A DNA stretch of 64,000 nt from contig OY970176.1 of NCBI GenBank assembly GCA_963707955.1, forward strand, positions 1,600,001 to 1,664,000, in the 5' to 3' direction. The stretch comes from Candidatus Bathyarchaeota archaeon. GTDB lineage: Archaea > Thermoproteota > Bathyarchaeia > Bathyarchaeales > Bathycorpusculaceae. The number at the start of each line of letters is the position of its first letter. Position 1 is the first letter of the stretch. A program made the translations under genes and the position numbers. Positions 20,620-29,380 of this stretch are shown in pieces. Under the pieces are notes generated by a model that saw only the letters and a list, made by a program, of their open reading frames with translations, searched no databases and was not told where the DNA came from.

Positions 20620-21453
20620 ATGAGCGTTAAGATGGAAATAGTCTGCGTTGGCAACGAATTGTTGATCGGCAAAACATTGAACACGAACGCTCAATGGCTA
20701 GCCAAGCGTGCCACCACTCTGGGAGTAATTGTGCACAGAATAACGGTCGTAGGCGACGACGTTGATGAAATTGCCAGCGCAATGCGCGAGTCTCTTAGAC
20801 GCAAGCCACGTTTCATAATAACAACGGGTGGACTCGGCCCGACTTTTGACGACAAGACGCTCAAAGGAATTGCTAAAGGCTTCAAGCGGAAGCTTGAAGT
20901 CAACGATGAAGCCCTACAGATGGTCAGAAGGAAATATGAAGCCCTTCTGAGGGAAGGAAGAATAGAGAAGGTTGAGCTGACCCCTGCAAGAGTTAAAATG
21001 GCAACGTTTCCAGAGAGTACAAAACCGCTGCACAATTCTGTTGGCACCGCCCCAGGGATGATAGCAAGTGTTGATGGGACGTTCTTGATAGCCTTGCCCG
21101 GCGTTCCCCCGGAAATGGAGGCTATTTTTGAGGAGTCGGTAGTGCCCATGCTCAAGAGGGACGCGGGGGAATCTGCCTTTTTTGAGGCAAGCATTTACGC
21201 CAATGGCGTAATGGAGTCGAGCTTGGCGCCGCTGATTGACAAGGTTATGCGTGATAATCCTGATGTTTACATAAAATCGCATGTTTATACAAAGTCGCAT
21301 CCACAGGTTGAAGGAAGAAGATCCCATATAGAGCTTCACTTCTCCACAACAGCAGAAGACTCCAAGATCGCTAGGATCCGGTTGGACAAGGCGATGACTC
21401 AGTTGTCAGAACTGGTGCTGGAGAACGGTGGAAGAGTAGGCAAGGCGGCATAG
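20620..21453 (+). CDS. CinA N-terminal-like molybdopterin-binding domain protein
   Basis: VGNELLIGKTLNTNA, TTGGLGPTFDD, GTAPG and LPGVPPEM. Confidence 0.88.
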   Translation: MSVKMEIVCVGNELLIGKTLNTNAQWLAKRATTLGVIVHRITVVGDDVDEIASAMRESLRRKPRFIITTGGLGPTFDDKTLKGIAKGFKRKLEVNDEALQMVRRKYEALLREGRIEKVELTPARVKMATFPESTKPLHNSVGTAPGMIASVDGTFLIALPGVPPEMEAIFEESVVPMLKRDAGESAFFEASIYANGVMESSLAPLIDKVMRDNPDVYIKSHVYTKSHPQVEGRRSHIELHFSTTAEDSKIARIRLDKAMTQLSELVLENGGRVGKAA

Positions 21454-21460
21454 TGATCGG

Positions 21461-22255
21461 GTGAACATAACGGTCGCAGATTATCATGTTCACACGAAGG
21501 CTTCGCCAGACGCTGAGGGAAGCATGAAAGAATACGTGAGAAAGGCTGAACAGAAGAAGATTGAAGAAGTAGGTTTTTCAGATCACATTCTTCTGCAGCA
21601 TCTCGATGGTCGTTCAGATTTCCTCGTCAATGCAATGCCTGCTTACGTTCAAGACTTCTTGGCTTTCAAAAAGAAAGTAAAAATGCCGGTCAAACTAGGC
21701 GTCGAGGTGGACTTCTTTCCTGACATAATTGAGAAAATGGGAGCCTTCATTCGCGAGTATCCTTTTGACTACGTGATAGGGTCTGTTCATGTGATTGGTG
21801 AATGGATAATTGACGAGCCTTCAACAAAAGATGAGTACTCAAGAAGAGATCCTTTCCAAACCTACGAGGAGTATTTCAGACTTGTCAGAGAAATGTGCGC
21901 ATCCAGGCTGTTCGATGTTCTAGGCCATCCTGACCTGATCAAGATCTTTGGCACTAGGCCAACGGAAGACCTGACCCAGATATACGAGGACACAGCAGAG
22001 ACGATTGCAAGGTCCAAGATGTGCGCAGAGATTAACGCAAAGGGGTTGAACAGACCTTGCCGAGAGATCTATCCAGGTGAACAATTCTTGAAAATACTCT
22101 ACGATCACGATGTTCCCATAGTCTTTGGTTCAGACGCCCATGAGCCGAACGACTTGGGCAGGAATCTTGAAGAGGCCGTGAGACTTGCCAAGAAAGTCGG
22201 CTATACCGACGCGTGCAGATTCAGTTGCAGAGAGAAAGAGCTCGTGAAGATCTGA
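21461..22255 (+). CDS. PHP-family histidinol-phosphatase (HisJ/HisK-like)
   Basis: DYHVHT, GFSDH, DYVIGSVH, GHPDL and FGSDAH. Confidence 0.85.
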   Translation: MNITVADYHVHTKASPDAEGSMKEYVRKAEQKKIEEVGFSDHILLQHLDGRSDFLVNAMPAYVQDFLAFKKKVKMPVKLGVEVDFFPDIIEKMGAFIREYPFDYVIGSVHVIGEWIIDEPSTKDEYSRRDPFQTYEEYFRLVREMCASRLFDVLGHPDLIKIFGTRPTEDLTQIYEDTAETIARSKMCAEINAKGLNRPCREIYPGEQFLKILYDHDVPIVFGSDAHEPNDLGRNLEEAVRLAKKVGYTDACRFSCREKELVKI

Positions 22256-22386
22256 TCAGCAAGAGGATAGTGAAGCAGGAAATCCTTGCCAAGAGATGTG
22301 GTCTTTGAACGGAAAAAGCTTATACTTGAAGATGCCGGTTTGGCAGCTTAGGCACGTTATCAAAATGTGCATGGAGACCGCGAAAC

Positions 22387-23148
22387 ATGTCTATGGTTTT
22401 CATAATAGGAACTGCGGGGTCTGGAAAGTCTAGACTCACAGCCGCATTTGGCGATTGGCTGAAGATGTCTAAACAGGACGTTGCAATCGTGAACTTGGAC
22501 CCTGGAGTGTCTGTACTTCCGTATTCGCCAGAAATCGATGTTCGCGACTACGTTGATGTTGGAAAATTGATGGAGGAGTATCAGCTGGGTCCAAACGGCG
22601 CTCTGATAATGGCCGCTGACCTGGTTGCAGACCAAGTTGAAGAGATTTCGAAGGAGATTGAAGGGTTGCAGTCTGACATTATTCTGGTCGACACCTCAGG
22701 ACAGTTGGAGCTGTTCGCTTTTCGGGCGAGTGGACCCTACATCGCTAACGAACTCACAAAGGGGCCCAGAGCAATAGTCTACCTGTTCGACGCAGTTTTT
22801 TCGGTAAACCCGCTTAACTATGTTTCAAACCTCTTTCTCTCGTCAGCAGTCTACAACAGGTTTATGTTACCTCAATTGTATCTGCTTTCGAAATCCGACC
22901 TGCTCCCGAAAGAAGAGGTTAACAAGATCGTCGACTGGTCGACCAGCCAGGACGCTCTAGCTAACGCCATCGAACAGAAACTTGAAGGGACAAGACGTTT
23001 ACTAAGTAGAAGCGTGATGCAAGCGATTTACAAGCTCGGACTAAGGTTTCCCTTGATTCCCGTTTCAGCCAGCACGAACGACGGAATCATAAATTTCAAC
23101 ACAGCCCTAGAACGCATCCTCTCCGAGGGAGACAAGTACACCTTTTAA
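22387..23148 (+). CDS. GPN-loop GTPase
   Basis: GTAGSGKS, NLDPG, LGPNGA and DTSGQLELF. Confidence 0.92.
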   Translation: MSMVFIIGTAGSGKSRLTAAFGDWLKMSKQDVAIVNLDPGVSVLPYSPEIDVRDYVDVGKLMEEYQLGPNGALIMAADLVADQVEEISKEIEGLQSDIILVDTSGQLELFAFRASGPYIANELTKGPRAIVYLFDAVFSVNPLNYVSNLFLSSAVYNRFMLPQLYLLSKSDLLPKEEVNKIVDWSTSQDALANAIEQKLEGTRRLLSRSVMQAIYKLGLRFPLIPVSASTNDGIINFNTALERILSEGDKYTF

Positions 23149-23207
23149 TTGTGCAAGATGGAGATATAATTTCAGTCTTCGCTATGGAGCCCGCGGAAGA
23201 GCTTACA

Positions 23208-23246
23208 CGTTTTGCATATACGTTTTGCATATACATTTTGTATATA
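23208..23246. repeat. 13-bp tandem repeat, three copies
   Basis: CGTTTTGCATATA, CGTTTTGCATATA, CATTTTGTATATA between convergent genes. Confidence 0.85.
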
Positions 23247-23305
23247 CAGTTGGTGAGGATTGGTGAAAAGTGCGCGCTAAAATGGAAGAAGGCAAGTGTG
23301 GACCT

Positions 23306-23734
23306 TTATCGGTTGACTTTAGGAACGTAATATTCTCTTACAATGCCCGCTGTCAGAGCAATTAGGCCTACTGCCAACAAATAGACCATTGGATAAATGA
23401 ATATTGAGAGCATGGTTTGGTACGTCGTTCCTGACGGCAACTGTGGAGAGAAGAACACAGCAAGCCACATTATGACGAAAGTAACGATGCATCCTATTCC
23501 TAAACCCACAAAGAGCCCGCTAACAAAAACGTTTGTCTCGCCTCTGTTGTTTCGCTCATCGTTGAGCTGGCCGCTTTCGCAAGGTGGGTCTTTTTCCTCT
23601 TTCATCATTGCCATGGTCTCATCTTCAGGCTTCGGTTCGGCTTGTTCTTCTTTCCATTCTTGTCCTGAGTCTTCTACCCATGGCTCCTCATCATTCTTCA
23701 ATTCTTGTTGGGGAGCTTGATTCTTAGCCTCCAT
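23306..23734 (-). CDS. Membrane protein with acidic N-terminus and two TM helices
   Basis: E/D-rich N-terminus followed by two hydrophobic helices. Confidence 0.65.
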   Translation of the reverse strand: MEAKNQAPQQELKNDEEPWVEDSGQEWKEEQAEPKPEDETMAMMKEEKDPPCESGQLNDERNNRGETNVFVSGLFVGLGIGCIVTFVIMWLAVFFSPQLPSGTTYQTMLSIFIYPMVYLLAVGLIALTAGIVREYYVPKVNR

Positions 23735-23835
23735 ACTGTTCGCCTTGGCTTTTGTTCTGGCCCTTGCACTAATAAGACTATTCGATTCGAGATTTTGATG
23801 CAGAATAAGAATTCAGAATACGCAAGAGTAAAGGG

Positions 23836-24099
23836 TTATTTTGAGACGAGTTTGGGCGTAAGCTGTTCTATAGCGGTTTTCAGTTTGTTCCATTCGTCCA
23901 GGTTTCTCACGTTGAACTTGTGCTTTCTCTTCCATGTGTCCGCTTTTTTTTGCCACAGGTACAGGCCGATTGACCGTTTTCCATACGATTCGAAGATGAC
24001 AGCTGCCTCCCACCATTTCTGGCTCTTGAAAAGAGTAACGTAGTCAACGACTTTATAGAAGTCGGATATGGGTAATTTTTCCTCTGCGCCTTCAGTCAT
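23836..24099 (-). CDS. Hypothetical protein, possibly PC4-like fold
   Basis: 87 aa of Trp/Lys-rich predicted beta strands ending in the helix LDEWNKLKTAIEQL. Confidence 0.65.
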   Translation of the reverse strand: MTEGAEEKLPISDFYKVVDYVTLFKSQKWWEAAVIFESYGKRSIGLYLWQKKADTWKRKHKFNVRNLDEWNKLKTAIEQLTPKLVSK

Positions 24100-24218
24100 G
24101 ACATTTCGACCCTTCTGTGATTCTTGCTTTTGGCATTTAAACGTTTCAACTGCGCGCGAGCGATGTTGTTTGAGAAATGCGTTTTCAAGCTTAGGTCTGA
24201 GCTTGTGACATTATAATG

Positions 24219-25427
24219 TTAGCAGGGTGGTATTTTTCCTTCGGCTAATTCCATGCAGAATTTTTGTATGTTTTCAAGTTCATCGTCTAGAACTTCGTTT
24301 ATTTTGTGTTTGACCTTGTCTATGTTGTTGTTTCCCTTCATTATGACTTGCGCAGTTGCGATCGCTGGGTGGTCTATGGGGCCTCCTATCTTGCTTAGTA
24401 GCCAGATGTAGACTTCCTCCAGTTCTTCAACCTCTTTGTACACGTGCTCGGCTGTTCTGAACGTTAGGAAGTTGTAGATTTTTCCCACGTGACTCACCGG
24501 GTTTTTTCCTGCTGCAGCCTCTGAGCAGAACGGTCTGTTGAGCGATATCAGGCCGTTGACACGGTTTCCTCTGCCCACCTGTCCTGAGTCGCCGCTGTCT
24601 GCGCTTGTGCCTAACACCGTGAGGTACAACCCTCCTACGCCTCTTCCTTTCACGTCCAGAGTGTTCAGCTGCACGTCTACCGAGTCGAAGTCCGTGTTAA
24701 CTGCCACATACTTGTTGATTTCCCCAGCGATCCTTTCCTTCTTTTCGAAGTAGTCTTCTTCGCTGCTTATGTAGCGGTCAACGAACGCCATTGCAACCGT
24801 GAGGTTGAGGTCGTTGCGGTTTCTGAAGGCCATGACTTTCACGTCTTCGCCCGACTCGGGAAAGCGCTTCTTGAACGGCTCTGAGTTCACGTATCTTTCA
24901 GTTTCCAGAACTATCTTCTCTGTTCTTGTCATAGGCGCGTAGCCCACCGCGGCTGACGTGTCGTTGGCGCCCAGCACTTTGCCTTTTCGTTTGAAAATGT
25001 CGGTCAGTCCGACTGAGCCGGGCTTCAGTTCTACCTGGTATTTCACGTGCTCTTCGGGATCGACGAAGCGCATGTTCTTCCTGAACCATTTCTTGGCAGC
25101 TTTTACGGCTATTTCGCCAACGTCTATCGTTTGGTCGTCGAATTTGGACGTTGCTCTGTCACCCAACACGAAGAGTATGGGTTGCTTGATGATGCCGCCG
25201 TTGAACCTGGGCTCAGTTTCTCCGGCGACGAGTAGTGACTTGTCAACATTATGGTGAAGTATAGTCCCCGCTTTTTCCATGTACTCTTTGCTGAGGCTGA
25301 TCGATATGCGGTCGGCCACTGCGTCGCAGATGTAGTCGGGGTGTCCGATGCCTTTCCTTTCAACTATCTCTAGGCGTTGTTTCTCAAGGGGTGTCTGTTT
25401 CAAGTCTTCTACGATTATGTTTCGCAT
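24219..25427 (-). CDS. mat: S-adenosylmethionine synthetase, archaeal type
   Basis: EIVERKGIGHPDYICD, HHNVDK, GANDTS, GEDVKVM and AAGKNPVSHVGKIYN. Confidence 0.95.
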   Translation of the reverse strand: MRNIIVEDLKQTPLEKQRLEIVERKGIGHPDYICDAVADRISISLSKEYMEKAGTILHHNVDKSLLVAGETEPRFNGGIIKQPILFVLGDRATSKFDDQTIDVGEIAVKAAKKWFRKNMRFVDPEEHVKYQVELKPGSVGLTDIFKRKGKVLGANDTSAAVGYAPMTRTEKIVLETERYVNSEPFKKRFPESGEDVKVMAFRNRNDLNLTVAMAFVDRYISSEEDYFEKKERIAGEINKYVAVNTDFDSVDVQLNTLDVKGRGVGGLYLTVLGTSADSGDSGQVGRGNRVNGLISLNRPFCSEAAAGKNPVSHVGKIYNFLTFRTAEHVYKEVEELEEVYIWLLSKIGGPIDHPAIATAQVIMKGNNNIDKVKHKINEVLDDELENIQKFCMELAEGKIPPC

Positions 25428-25503
25428 TGTAAGTCTCCTTTCTGCGAAGTTTACGGTGTATAGTTGCGATAAATATATATTTTACTGTATGATTTATAAG
25501 AGA

Positions 25504-25522
25504 AAATAACTGGTGGTTATTT
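25504..25522. promoter_or_regulatory. Palindrome, candidate operator
   Basis: AAATAAC-TGGTG-GTTATTT lies between a TTTATAA box and the ATG of the HTH-CBS gene. Confidence 0.5.
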
Positions 25523-25523
25523 C

Positions 25524-26057
25524 ATGTTAGTAACGGGCAGCTCTATAAGAGAGTTAAGAATTAAAGCAGGTCTCACTCAGAAAACGCTTGCCGCACTAGT
25601 CGGCGTTTCCCAAGCGCACATAGCGAAGATAGAACAGGGTAAGGTTGATCCTCGGTTCTCAACCGTCAACCGGATCTTGGGCGTTCTCAAGCCGGGGCAG
25701 GAAAGAAAATGCAGAGATGTCATGACCAAGGGCGTGATTTTCGCTAAGTATAACGAAGTTATTCTGAAGGCTAGTGAAATCATGGTTAGAAACGCTGTTT
25801 CACAACTCCCCGTGCTTGATGGAAGCAGAGTTGTTGGAACCATAACAGAGCAGGGCATAGTGCGAAACTTGAGGTCGAGCTTGGCAGACGAGAAGGTCAG
25901 CAAGGTTATGGATCCGCCTTTACCTGAGGTACAGGAAGACACGGGCATAGAAACTGTTCGTGCAGTGCTAGAGAAAAGTCCAGGCGTGCTTGTTAAAAAG
26001 GGTGGGGAAGCAGTCGGCATAATAACGCGGTCAGACCTGTTGAAGACGATTTGTTGA
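25524..26057 (+). CDS. XRE-HTH plus CBS-pair transcriptional regulator
   Basis: GLTQKTLAALVGVSQAHIAKIE, then CBS motifs SQLPV and GIITRSDLL. Confidence 0.88.
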   Translation: MLVTGSSIRELRIKAGLTQKTLAALVGVSQAHIAKIEQGKVDPRFSTVNRILGVLKPGQERKCRDVMTKGVIFAKYNEVILKASEIMVRNAVSQLPVLDGSRVVGTITEQGIVRNLRSSLADEKVSKVMDPPLPEVQEDTGIETVRAVLEKSPGVLVKKGGEAVGIITRSDLLKTIC

Positions 26058-26072
26058 CAAGTTAAGTCAGGT

Positions 26073-27455
26073 CTAGAATCCTGCTTTCACTACGTCGTGT
26101 GGTTTCATAAACTCTCTCAGAACTATCGTTGCATAAGAACCACGGTACAGCGTGAAATCCACTTTTATCGTGCGGTTTTGAGGGTCGCCCGCGTCGGATA
26201 CATCGTTCAACGTGAAATCTAGCAGCGGAGTCGCGATCGCTCGCAGTTCTCCTCTCGAACCCATCTCCTGCATTTCTGAAACCTTGAAGTCATGCGGAGA
26301 AACGCCTTCTTCTTCGAGTATTCTGCTCTCGATTTCCCCCTGAACCCCCCGCGACGTGTGTTGTCTGAAGCCGATGAGTGGAATGGCCAGTCGCACTTTC
26401 CCATTTCGAACCGCACCGTTTATTTCTGCAAGAGTCTCAGAGCTTACTGTTCTATACATTTTCGACAATGGCACTCCAGACTTTTCAACATTTACGACAT
26501 AGTCCCCAGCCTCAGCTATATTCATCATAAGGCCATTCTTGATTCTGCTGCTCAGGAACCTGTTGAAGAGATAAGACTGGTACGCCTGAATGAACAGTTC
26601 TAGGAGTTTGGTGGGCAGTTTCTTAAACGCCCCGGCAAAATCGAGGGGTTTTTCAGCCAAGCTTCTCAGCATCATGCGTTCGTACCGTAGCTGTTTTGGG
26701 TAACTTTTGAATGCTTGTTTGAAGTCTTGCGTTGCCTGTAACTCTTGACGTGCTTGTCTTGACTCGGGATGTTCATAAGGGCTCGATTTCGCCAAGAACA
26801 ACATTGCTGCCCTTTTGAGGTTTCCCTTGACAAAGCTTTTTCCGACTAGATGAGTTATGGAGCGGGTTGTTCCGAAGCGCTGGTGCCCAAAAAAGTTTGG
26901 AATTCCTCCGAGCCCGTGAAGCTCTTTCACAGTCTTCGCAGTTCTTCTCTCGATAACAGTTTTGGGATGCTTTACATTTTTGATCCTTACTTGGAAACTG
27001 TTTCCGAGAAGATAGTAAGAGGATAGTTCAGTTCGCAGATAGCCTATCGGGCGTACTTCTATGTCCTTGAGGCGGAGCTTCTGAACATCTTCAATCGCGA
27101 CGTCTTCGATCGTAACATGCTGAGCCGTCAAGGCTTTCGCATCTTTTATGCCGGCGATTTGAATCCGCGTTGTGTTTATGCCTAATTGTTGGGCCACGTT
27201 TCGGAGGGCCATGAACGTGTCCCAGTTTCGCTTAAACAAGACGCATAATAGATAACGATTCTTGACAGAAGAGGATCCAAGCACTGTTTGCTCAGTGTTT
27301 CCATCAGACCTGCTTACTTCTGCCTTGGATCCATCAACTAGGACTTCCTCAACTACAAAGTCTTCGGCACTCTGTCTGATTGTTCCACCAGTTCCTGGAG
27401 AACGTGTTGCATAAACTTCTATTCCAATCGATCTCTCCAAACCTGGGACAAGCAA
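26073..27455 (-). CDS. truD: tRNA pseudouridine(13) synthase
   Basis: EDFVVEE, AGIKDAKALT, PNFFGHQRFG, AYQSYLFN and GSYATIVLRE. Confidence 0.93.
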   Translation of the reverse strand: MLVPGLERSIGIEVYATRSPGTGGTIRQSAEDFVVEEVLVDGSKAEVSRSDGNTEQTVLGSSSVKNRYLLCVLFKRNWDTFMALRNVAQQLGINTTRIQIAGIKDAKALTAQHVTIEDVAIEDVQKLRLKDIEVRPIGYLRTELSSYYLLGNSFQVRIKNVKHPKTVIERRTAKTVKELHGLGGIPNFFGHQRFGTTRSITHLVGKSFVKGNLKRAAMLFLAKSSPYEHPESRQARQELQATQDFKQAFKSYPKQLRYERMMLRSLAEKPLDFAGAFKKLPTKLLELFIQAYQSYLFNRFLSSRIKNGLMMNIAEAGDYVVNVEKSGVPLSKMYRTVSSETLAEINGAVRNGKVRLAIPLIGFRQHTSRGVQGEIESRILEEEGVSPHDFKVSEMQEMGSRGELRAIATPLLDFTLNDVSDAGDPQNRTIKVDFTLYRGSYATIVLREFMKPHDVVKAGF

Positions 27456-27468
27456 TGTCTCCGCCTGC

Positions 27469-27831
27469 TCAAAGAAGCCGGAGCGCGCCCGTTATTCTAT
27501 CTATCCTTTCCACAGGTGCAGGACCAATTCCCAGACATGTAACGGTTCCAGGCGGAATTTCTGTGAGGCCCCTGTCAACTATCAACGCGCATGGCAAGCC
27601 AGACTCTTTGGCCTGCATTTCCAGTTCAGCCATTGCTTTCGCATTCTTTACCTTAACCGCGATCTTGCATTGCCCTTCTTCAAGCCAGTCTTCAAACCAT
27701 TTGCTGCGATGTTTACGCGCCTGTTCCGCTGCCGAAACCGCGGCATGTCCAACCTGAGCCGCCGTCTTGCCCTTACTCAGCCTCAGGTCGGACCGGAAGA
27801 CAATGACCTGTTTGTAGCGAAATTCAGACAT
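27469..27831 (-). CDS. pth2: Peptidyl-tRNA hydrolase, Pth2 type
   Basis: KQVIVFRSDL, GKTAAQVGHAA and DRGLTEIPPGTVTCLGIGP. Confidence 0.95.
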   Translation of the reverse strand: MSEFRYKQVIVFRSDLRLSKGKTAAQVGHAAVSAAEQARKHRSKWFEDWLEEGQCKIAVKVKNAKAMAELEMQAKESGLPCALIVDRGLTEIPPGTVTCLGIGPAPVERIDRITGALRLL

Positions 27832-27873
27832 GCTTCCCTTTACCTTTCCCTATCAGTCTACGCTTCAAAGATT

Positions 27874-29097
27874 TTAAAGGTTCGCAAAAAAGTCCGCTAG
27901 GAAGAAATAGCTAAGAGCGGCCAATGCGCGAGGGCTCCGCAAGAGACGCAAAAGCGTTCTTCCCTGAAAGTCTATGTCCTCCACTTTCTGAAGAGTCTTG
28001 TTCAAAGCGAGTTTTGTGCACAATCCGATTAGCCCGTCAAGTCTTCTGTCAGACATGGCGTCGAGCGTTTTCCTCATTCTGACCATCATCTTCGCGTCGA
28101 ACCCCAGGGCTTCATCGCATCGGCGTCCGTAAGCGCTTAGGGATTTTGAGGAAAAGTCGTCTTGGCGAATAGCCTCGCGCGCGACTTCTGCAGCGACTGC
28201 TGCGCACGTCATCCCGAAGATGACGCCTCCCCCCGTGGTGGATTTCACCTGTGAGGCTGCGTCTCCAACCGCTAAGAACCCGTTTGAATAGGCTTTCGGT
28301 ATCGGGCCTCCCAGCGTTATCGGGTGAGCCGTGATTTTATCGATTTTTGCCTTGGCCAGTTTCTTTGAGGCCACAGGATGCTTGGCCACGAGTTTTTGCA
28401 GAAGCTCCTTTGGGTTTCTGGCCTTTGCTGCAAGTCCAACCTTTGCCTTCCCATCCTTCTTAGGTATCAGCCACGCGTAGAAGCCGGGAGCATAATCTGC
28501 TCCCAAGTAAACCTCGACCATGTCGAGCTGTGTGCCCTTGACGTTTTCAGCTTCCGCCTCGACGCCGTTGACTAACATACGCTGGTTGGGACCTCGCAGA
28601 CCCGTTTGCCTGAGTATTTTCGAGGATATTCCTTCAGCGTCTATGACTATCTTGGCCAGTCTGTTCTCGGTTTTGCCTTGCCGTCTTATCGTGACCCCCT
28701 TCACGGTGCCATCGTTAACCATCAGACTTTCAACTCTTGAGTCTAAGCAGTACTCTGCGCCTGCGTCCTGTGCTCTTTCTGCAAGGTACTTCTCAAAGAG
28801 GGCACGGTCAACCACGCAGGTCACGGGCGAAGCAAGGCGCACCAAGAATCTTTTGCCAGTCGGCGAGTAGAAAGCAGCGCCTCGAAAAGTGTTCTCAACG
28901 ATTTCGACGGGAAGAGTGTGAATCCTCAGACGTTTAAGACCTCGTATGCTGAGGTGACCGGGGCAGTGGGATGGAAGGCCTATTTCGCTGTGCTCTTCGT
29001 ACACTCTGACGTTGACGCCTAGTCTTGCAAGTTTCAAAGCTGCGAAGGAGCCAGACGGGCCGCCTCCAACCACTATTACGTCGGCAATTTCCTTCAT
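27874..29097 (-). CDS. Geranylgeranyl reductase-family flavoprotein
   Basis: VVGGGPSG, APGFYAWLIP and VGDAASQVKSTTGGG. Confidence 0.88.
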   Translation of the reverse strand: MKEIADVIVVGGGPSGSFAALKLARLGVNVRVYEEHSEIGLPSHCPGHLSIRGLKRLRIHTLPVEIVENTFRGAAFYSPTGKRFLVRLASPVTCVVDRALFEKYLAERAQDAGAEYCLDSRVESLMVNDGTVKGVTIRRQGKTENRLAKIVIDAEGISSKILRQTGLRGPNQRMLVNGVEAEAENVKGTQLDMVEVYLGADYAPGFYAWLIPKKDGKAKVGLAAKARNPKELLQKLVAKHPVASKKLAKAKIDKITAHPITLGGPIPKAYSNGFLAVGDAASQVKSTTGGGVIFGMTCAAVAAEVAREAIRQDDFSSKSLSAYGRRCDEALGFDAKMMVRMRKTLDAMSDRRLDGLIGLCTKLALNKTLQKVEDIDFQGRTLLRLLRSPRALAALSYFFLADFFANL

Positions 29098-29134
29098 CAG
29101 GATACAGCCACATGTTTCCGCGCGGCTTCGCAGC

Positions 29135-29374
29135 TTACCCTATCAGTTCGACCCGTCTCTTTCCGCGAGACATAGAAGTCATACGGATCTTTCCGCTGAT
29201 TTCTAGCCGCATCAATATTTCGTTGAAGTCTTTGAAGCCTAAGTCCTTAAACTCTTCAATCAGCGCGTCAAAGAGTTCTGCGTCGGTCAGGGCTCCCTTC
29301 TTCTCCAAAAGGTCGAGTAGGACGAAGTAGGCGGGATGAGTTTTCCACGTCTTGGTCGGCATCGGCATGTGCAC
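29135..29374 (-). CDS. Small winged-helix protein downstream of cdc48
   Basis: LLEKKGALTDAELF...LMRLEISGKIRM wHTH pattern. Confidence 0.7.
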   Translation of the reverse strand: MHMPMPTKTWKTHPAYFVLLDLLEKKGALTDAELFDALIEEFKDLGFKDFNEILMRLEISGKIRMTSMSRGKRRVELIG

Positions 29375-29380
29375 ACTCGC

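Noticed and set aside
23208-23246. CRISPR-like repeats
   Set aside because: The units are 13 bp and directly adjacent with no spacers, and no cas genes are present.
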